In this document: positions 58,300 to 64,000 of the stretch, piece by piece
Layout: each line of letters opens with the position of its first letter
Numbering within the stretch: the first letter of the stretch is position 1
From: Patescibacteria group bacterium
GTDB lineage: Bacteria; Patescibacteriota; Gracilibacteria; UBA4473
DNA length: 64,000 nt
Direction: 5' to 3'
NCBI GenBank assembly: GCA_965660445.1
Contig: CBFIAK010000001.1
Span: 736,001 to 800,000, forward strand
Translations under genes and position numbers: made by a program
The notes under the pieces: generated by a model
Told to the model about the DNA's origin: nothing
Databases searched by the model: none
The model's input: the letters and a program-made list of their open reading frames with translations, nothing else

Positions 58300-59103
58300 A
58301 TGACAAACCAAACACACACAAGCATTCTATTGTTTGTAATAAGCTTATTCTTTGCCACTTGTGCTTTTGCTCAAGAGGAAAGAACAAATCACTACACACA
58401 AGTAATCGTTTATTTTGCATTCGAGTCACTCATGAGCGAACTCGAACCAGCACAATATATGAAAGAACACACGTACGCTCAGGCGTATATTAAAAGAATT
58501 ATGGAAGGCACAGACACCACGATGAATCTTCATCAAAGAGGTTTTGGCCCCTTCCCACTTGAAGATGACCCAGCACGCGATAGCATTATGGCTGCTGAGG
58601 GACAAACTGGCAAAATAACAAATTCTGCACGAGCATGGAGTGCGATGAACACTCTCATCAAAAATGATCCATCACACCCAGTGAGCCAAAAAGTGCAAGA
58701 AATAAAGGAAATGACTGGGGCTGAAGTAATAACGATTGTTATTATCGGATACAAAGATCATTATGCACATTATGGTCAAAGTAATATTCCTATTTATGTT
58801 CTAAACCATAATAGTGACGAATCAAACCATTTAGAAGTGCATAATAAAATAATCTTTGATGAAACAAGCACTAAAGCAGTAGGATTTGGCTCCACTTATC
58901 CCCAAAATCACCCACAAGAAGGCAAGACCTATAGAACCATATTCGGATTTAATCCTAATATTCTTATATATCCAAGACTAGGATTTTATAAAGACCGATA
59001 TGGATTTTGGTTACAAGTTGGTGATGAAGACCACAATGTGCTCGACCCAGAAAATGGATGGAAACTCCATTATTTATACAACAAAGGACTTTTGCAGTAT
59101 TGA
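58300..59103 (+). CDS. Secreted hypothetical protein
   Basis: AAGGAG RBS, signal peptide (AFA), own promoter and terminator. Confidence 0.75.
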   Translation: MTNQTHTSILLFVISLFFATCAFAQEERTNHYTQVIVYFAFESLMSELEPAQYMKEHTYAQAYIKRIMEGTDTTMNLHQRGFGPFPLEDDPARDSIMAAEGQTGKITNSARAWSAMNTLIKNDPSHPVSQKVQEIKEMTGAEVITIVIIGYKDHYAHYGQSNIPIYVLNHNSDESNHLEVHNKIIFDETSTKAVGFGSTYPQNHPQEGKTYRTIFGFNPNILIYPRLGFYKDRYGFWLQVGDEDHNVLDPENGWKLHYLYNKGLLQY

Positions 59104-59133
59104 TTGATATTGAAAAAGACTTACAAACACAGC

Positions 59134-59166
59134 AAAGCTGAAAGTATATACTTTCAGCTTTTTTTT
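59134..59166 (+). terminator. Intrinsic terminator
   Basis: AAAGCTGAAAGTATATACTTTCAGCTTT plus T-run. Confidence 0.85.
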
Positions 59167-59294
59167 AAAGAAAAATCTCATAAAGACACACAAAAAAAGA
59201 ATTACACATAAAAATCAACCAATTTTATATCTTTTTTTTGATTTCCGAGGAAAGAAAAGGAATAATAGAAATTGAATTTTTACCCCCGATTCGC

Positions 59295-62183
59295 ATGAAA
59301 AAATTATTCTTATTCGGACTCTTTGGTGTCGCACTTTCTCTCTTTATACCACAGAATACAAATGCTCAGTGTACGGAATTAACCAATAAAGGAGATAGTT
59401 GTGCATATAGTATCTTTGAAGGCTCTTTTGATAATCTTGATGACGGAAACTCTTTTAATACAACTCAGTTTTTAAATCTTTTAAAAGCAGTAGACAATAA
59501 TTTTGGATATCTGTATTGGAAAGAAAATGGAGTGAATCCAGAAAAAATAGAACTCAGAGGAGGAACTAATAGCATCGAACAAGTAGGAATTGGAACCACC
59601 CCATCAGCAAAGCTCCACATCAAAGGTGATGGAGCAACCAGCAGTACTTTTTCATTACAAATACAAAATAGTGCTGATGCACATAACATGGTCGTTCGAG
59701 ACAACGGGTTTGTTGGAATCGGAACAACAACTCAAAATACAGGGGATGAAACCGTGCTTTTAGGAGTAAATGGAGTTGTGGGAGCGAGTGCGTATTGTGA
59801 TTTGAACGGGAATAACTGTACAAGCCCTTCTGGAACCGGAATCGGGCAATTGGGGTGGATTATTGAAACGAATTCACTCGATTATTCCGTTGATTCACGA
59901 ACAAATGCGGAAACAGTATCTATCACCAGTACGAATATGGATACAGCAACCAGCAATATACTCGTCAATGAAGAATGGGATGAAGCGGGTGGGTTTACTT
60001 ATGGAACACTCGTCTACATTGGAGCTGATGCTCCTGTTACTTGGGCAAACATGAATGGACGACGGTTTATTTATAATGTAGGCGTAGAAGGAGGACTCAA
60101 TGAAGGGTGGTTTAATATTTTTCCAAACGGAGGTGCCGCACCAGCAAACCATAAACCAATTATTGTAGCTGATAATGTTTCTACCACTACTATTGATTAC
60201 GTGGTACGAGCGGAATTTGTGTTTGATGCATCAGAAGATGCTTGGGTGTTGGTTTCGTATTCTACTCACCATGCTTTTGATGATCTAAATGGATGGACAA
60301 ATGAAAGCGATAGTTCTATTGCTACACAAAGAAATGAAGGTGATGTGGTAGAAATGACAAGTGGATTTTTAGACAATGAAACTGGTAGAGCTCTTCATAT
60401 TTCAAAAGATTTTTCTTATGCGGCAGAAACGCCAACAACACTTGGAACTATTCATTTCTTAGGAACAACCGGAGATATTGAAGACATAGACGAATGGAAA
60501 GGACGATTCTTTTCACTGTCTACAAAAGATGGAGCTTGGTTTAACATCAAACACAATTCTGGAGAGACTCCAACTATAACAGGAGCTCCTATCGACACTC
60601 GAACAAAAAAAGACATTAAAAAAGTCGAACGAGCTTTGTTTTCTTATAACCAAAACTCTGACATGTGGAATTTAGTGTCCTACACACTCGCTAATAATAA
60701 CGGAAATCCTTCGTGGAGTGTTTTAGATTACACAACAACAGGTGGAAAACTTGATGAGGTGTTTAATATTGAAACTCCTGTCTTAGATGCATCAGCAGAT
60801 AACTTACATATTCGACTCCCTGAAGAAATTCAGTCAGCAGGATTACTTTCATTTATCGGTTCAGATGCAACTATCAGTGATTGGAGTTCTCTGCACGGGC
60901 GACAATTAGTGGTTACCGCAGAATTTGGGTCATGGTTTGATATCAGAGAAAATTGTCGACAGTCAGTAGCGACTAACAACGCTGGTTGTAACACAGGAGG
61001 AACTATTTTAGATAAACATCGACCAATAATGGGAAATGGAGCAGGAGCTACAGCAGACTCAACATATCTTCCAACTATTAGACGAGTAAAACAAGCGAAG
61101 TTTGTATATGACAACGAAGAAGAAGCATGGTTACTCCAAAGTTTTACCTATCGACGAAACGGAGACAAACAAGAAACTCAGTTTACTGCTGAATCAGTTG
61201 ATACAACTGGTGGGTATAGAAACGATGGCGATGTTGTATATGCAAATATTAATCTATGGGATGCGACAAATGGAGATGATACGAGCAACTACGAACACCA
61301 TATCTATCAAATGAATTATGATGATAATGCCGTGAATCGAAGTTTTGGAACGTTCCATTTTTTAGGAGGAGATATAGATCCGTTTGGAACCGACATCGAT
61401 GATTGGTCTGAATTCGATGGACGAGAAATAACACTTGTTGCAGGTGATAAAGGATGGTTTAACCTCGCGCATGATTCTGGTGAAACGATTGATGCCGGAT
61501 ATGAAGACGCCGATGCAACCCCAAGAGTACAACCTATTGATTTGATCGGGCAAATGGACGCTAATGATGAACTCAAATACTTACGATCAGCAACACTTCG
61601 ATTTAGTGCCACTGGTGATTCAAATAACGATTATCCAACAGGTGGAAAATGGTACTTACTATCATACGAAAAAATTGGAGATTTTGTAGGGACCTACCCT
61701 ATTGGTTCAGGGGCTCCTTCTCCAACGTCAGTGACGTTTTATGGAAACGCCCCAGATGCAACAGGAGCTCCTATGGCGAACAGTATTCCGCCAGCTACTC
61801 AGTATTTACCCCTCAATGGATATTACCAAGTAGATGTGTATGTAACAGTATCAGAAGATGATGGAAACCAAGGACCGAATACAGCAATCGCACAGACACT
61901 CGCTATCCGAAACGGGGCAAGTGGAGCATTCTTAGGGTTAGATATGAGTCCTGTATTTGTACCACCAGTGGCTTCAGCGGCAAAAATGAAAAATTTATCC
62001 CTCCAAGGAAGCGCGATTATAAACGTAAATGAAGCTCTTGATTCAAATCGGTATCTTACTTGGAGAGTGCTTCTGCCAAACGTTACAACTCCAAGCCCTC
62101 CAATAGCTATGGGACAAATTAATGGAGGGTATGTGCATGTACGGTATATCCATAACGAACCAGAAGGAACCACCCTACCGTAA
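59295..62183 (+). CDS. Large secreted fibre/adhesin-like protein with four internal repeat domains
   Basis: Signal peptide; VGIGTT fibre-type motifs; four 140-175 aa repeats; ATG 59295. Confidence 0.75.
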   Translation: MKKLFLFGLFGVALSLFIPQNTNAQCTELTNKGDSCAYSIFEGSFDNLDDGNSFNTTQFLNLLKAVDNNFGYLYWKENGVNPEKIELRGGTNSIEQVGIGTTPSAKLHIKGDGATSSTFSLQIQNSADAHNMVVRDNGFVGIGTTTQNTGDETVLLGVNGVVGASAYCDLNGNNCTSPSGTGIGQLGWIIETNSLDYSVDSRTNAETVSITSTNMDTATSNILVNEEWDEAGGFTYGTLVYIGADAPVTWANMNGRRFIYNVGVEGGLNEGWFNIFPNGGAAPANHKPIIVADNVSTTTIDYVVRAEFVFDASEDAWVLVSYSTHHAFDDLNGWTNESDSSIATQRNEGDVVEMTSGFLDNETGRALHISKDFSYAAETPTTLGTIHFLGTTGDIEDIDEWKGRFFSLSTKDGAWFNIKHNSGETPTITGAPIDTRTKKDIKKVERALFSYNQNSDMWNLVSYTLANNNGNPSWSVLDYTTTGGKLDEVFNIETPVLDASADNLHIRLPEEIQSAGLLSFIGSDATISDWSSLHGRQLVVTAEFGSWFDIRENCRQSVATNNAGCNTGGTILDKHRPIMGNGAGATADSTYLPTIRRVKQAKFVYDNEEEAWLLQSFTYRRNGDKQETQFTAESVDTTGGYRNDGDVVYANINLWDATNGDDTSNYEHHIYQMNYDDNAVNRSFGTFHFLGGDIDPFGTDIDDWSEFDGREITLVAGDKGWFNLAHDSGETIDAGYEDADATPRVQPIDLIGQMDANDELKYLRSATLRFSATGDSNNDYPTGGKWYLLSYEKIGDFVGTYPIGSGAPSPTSVTFYGNAPDATGAPMANSIPPATQYLPLNGYYQVDVYVTVSEDDGNQGPNTAIAQTLAIRNGASGAFLGLDMSPVFVPPVASAAKMKNLSLQGSAIINVNEALDSNRYLTWRVLLPNVTTPSPPIAMGQINGGYVHVRYIHNEPEGTTLP

Positions 62184-62200
62184 ACAAAAACTATAACCAC

Positions 62201-62236
62201 AAAAAAAGACTTGCTGAACAAAAGCAAGTCTTTTTT
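62201..62236 (+). terminator. Intrinsic terminator
   Basis: AAAGACTTGCT-GAACAAA-AGCAAGTCTTT plus T-run. Confidence 0.8.
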
Positions 62237-62293
62237 GTGTATTTCAGTAAAAAAACTTGAACCAAACCGAAAACCACAGTATACAATAACACT

Positions 62294-63526
62294 ATGAAAA
62301 AACATTTCCTCGGCTTCGTACTCGTTTGTGCTATAACACTTATTCCCTCTTTTGCTCACGCAAAAATACAAAATCTTGATGTAAAAATAAGTGATCGGTA
62401 TATATCGTTTACGTGGTCACCTCTTGATGATGCAACTATAAAAGCATCTGAAGGGTATGCTCTGCAATGGGGAAAATCAGAAAGTGAAGTTGCAAAAGAC
62501 AAAACCGATAACGTGCGTCGATGGGTAGAAGGTATAGACCCAACTGTTCCCTCAATGCTGACGTCAACAGTGTTTGATAACAACGAAACTTATTACGCAC
62601 GAGTCTATACATGGACAAAAGGCGGATATAAAGACCGTGTTCGTAGTTTAGGGAACGGATCAGATATATTAAAATTCACTCTCAACCGTACAGGAAACGA
62701 AGTGATCAATATCGAACGTATACCAAAAACTGATCTACAAACCGATAATACGTCTTCCTCTTCGTCTTCAAACACAAACTACGATGCCGATGAATACCAA
62801 TTTGGATACATTCAATCAACACGGTTTGATAACTATGTTGTGCTTTCTTGGTCACGAAGCAAACTTGCTCGAGGAGAAGCACTTGGTCGACGTATAAAAC
62901 TCTCCAAAACAGCCGATATGAAAGAAGTCGTAGCCAATTTTACTATACCTGTTGCAACGCAAAGTCTCAAAATTCAAAACCTTACGCCCAATACCACGTA
63001 TTACCTCCAAGGAAGTTATTATACCCTTTCAGGTGGAGAAGAACAAGACTTCGGACACAGTACCGCTCAAACACTCCAAACATTACGAGCTATGACCCAA
63101 GCCGAAAAAGACAGAATCACAATGCTTCAACGACGAGGAGTGTTTACTATTCCAACAGCAGACCTCACCAAAACTATTGGGAAAAATGATTCCCCTCAAA
63201 CCACATCCACAACAACAAACACTGAAACCACAACCGAAACAACACCACCTCCATCACAAACAAATACCACCACTTCCACAAACCCAACAAATGCATTTAC
63301 GTACAGTAAAAACGATATTGTTGAAAAAATAAAAGCACTCGAAACAGAACTGAACCTTTGGAAAACTCGGTACCGAAATCTCACTGGTGAGTTTTATGGA
63401 TCAACAAGTAACAACACTACGAATCTCACCACATCAACAAACAAAAACTCAACATCATCATCAACAAATACCAATAGACGAATGACACTCGCCGAACGAA
63501 TACGAATGCTTCGGTCTGGAAAATAG
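62294..63526 (+). CDS. Secreted fibronectin type III-like protein with Thr/Ser/Asn-rich tail
   Basis: Signal peptide (AHA); ISFTW…GY.LQW…TYYARV and VVLSW…NLTPNTTYY. Confidence 0.7.
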   Translation: MKKHFLGFVLVCAITLIPSFAHAKIQNLDVKISDRYISFTWSPLDDATIKASEGYALQWGKSESEVAKDKTDNVRRWVEGIDPTVPSMLTSTVFDNNETYYARVYTWTKGGYKDRVRSLGNGSDILKFTLNRTGNEVINIERIPKTDLQTDNTSSSSSSNTNYDADEYQFGYIQSTRFDNYVVLSWSRSKLARGEALGRRIKLSKTADMKEVVANFTIPVATQSLKIQNLTPNTTYYLQGSYYTLSGGEEQDFGHSTAQTLQTLRAMTQAEKDRITMLQRRGVFTIPTADLTKTIGKNDSPQTTSTTTNTETTTETTPPPSQTNTTTSTNPTNAFTYSKNDIVEKIKALETELNLWKTRYRNLTGEFYGSTSNNTTNLTTSTNKNSTSSSTNTNRRMTLAERIRMLRSGK

Positions 63527-63596
63527 AAAATTTAAACGAATTATATTGACTTTCTACCCCTTGTTTTTAATATAGCACAGATTTTAATTTTGAAAC

Positions 63597-64000
63597 ATGC
63601 AAAAGATTTACGAAAATATCGAATCAATCGCTGGACCTATTGTAGTGGTTGAAGGCGTTGATGGAGCAAAATATGAAGAACTTGTAGAAATTACGAACCA
63701 ACAAAACGAGGTTAAAATGGGAAAAGTTTTGGAAGTCAATGGATCACGTGCGTTGGTACAAATGTTTGAATCTACTCAAGGGTTGTCAACCAGTGGACTG
63801 AAAGCAAAATTCTTAGGAAAAGTTGCAACTATCGGAGTGTCTCAAAATATGATTGGACGTATCTTTAACGGAGCCGGAAAACCAATTGACGGAAGCCCTG
63901 ATATTATCCCTGAAAAAGTGATTGAGATTTCTGGAAAATCAATTAATCCGTATTCTCGTGAGTTTCCTGAAGCGTTTATTCAAACAGGAATTTCTTCACT
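63597..64000 (+). CDS. V/A-type ATP synthase subunit B, 3' end outside window (not in ORF track)
   Basis: MQKIYENIESIAGPIVVVEGVDGAKYEELVEI…GKVLEV…VQMFESTQG…MIGRIFNGAGKPIDG…INPYSREFPEAFIQTGIS. Confidence 0.88.
   Translation, partial: MQKIYENIESIAGPIVVVEGVDGAKYEELVEITNQQNEVKMGKVLEVNGSRALVQMFESTQGLSTSGLKAKFLGKVATIGVSQNMIGRIFNGAGKPIDGSPDIIPEKVIEISGKSINPYSREFPEAFIQTGISS

Noticed and set aside
61823-62371. 182-aa minus-strand ORF
   Set aside because: Overlaps two well-supported + strand genes and a terminator; no motifs
52701-63526. Prophage or diversity-generating retroelement in the accessory region
   Set aside because: No capsid, terminase, integrase or reverse transcriptase, and no adenine-specific TR/VR repeat pair seen

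Overview
AT-rich bacterial chromosome segment read with the standard code (TGA is a stop). Gene content points to a Patescibacteria/CPR organism, probably Gracilibacteria/Peregrinibacteria-like; this is inferred from SLH proteins, type IV pilus genes, few biosynthetic genes and core genes mostly lacking Shine-Dalgarno sites. Core genes: sufC-sufB-short sufD; a long minus-strand run pilT-dnaE-tRNA-Ser-hpf-pilN/O-like-pilB-pilC-dedA-ftsW-murG-COG2426-secE-nusG-rplK-rplA-tRNA-Val; also secA, murB, tig, dut, argS, pheT, tRNA-Ile, and the start of a V/A-type ATPase B subunit at the right edge. The best candidate for a new system is the operon at 39913-43782. It pairs a PKD-domain 7TM membrane protein with one polypeptide fusing a RimK-like ATP-grasp ligase, a degenerate retropepsin (RimB-like) domain and a DUF1704/MATCAP-like metallocarboxypeptidase, i.e. 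a possible writer-eraser peptide-tagging machine. The 52.5-63.5 kb accessory region holds a direct-repeat-flanked pair of putative effectors (one a clan CD cysteine protease) and an unannotated RelE-type toxin-antitoxin pair with compensating frameshifts. It also holds a T9SS-CTD protein, two divergent promoters sharing a boxA-like +1 motif, a possible structured RNA and a fibre-like adhesin with four unrecognised repeat domains. All three tRNA genes carry unusual flanking remnants or antisense copies. All family calls come from reading motifs by eye; no searches were run.
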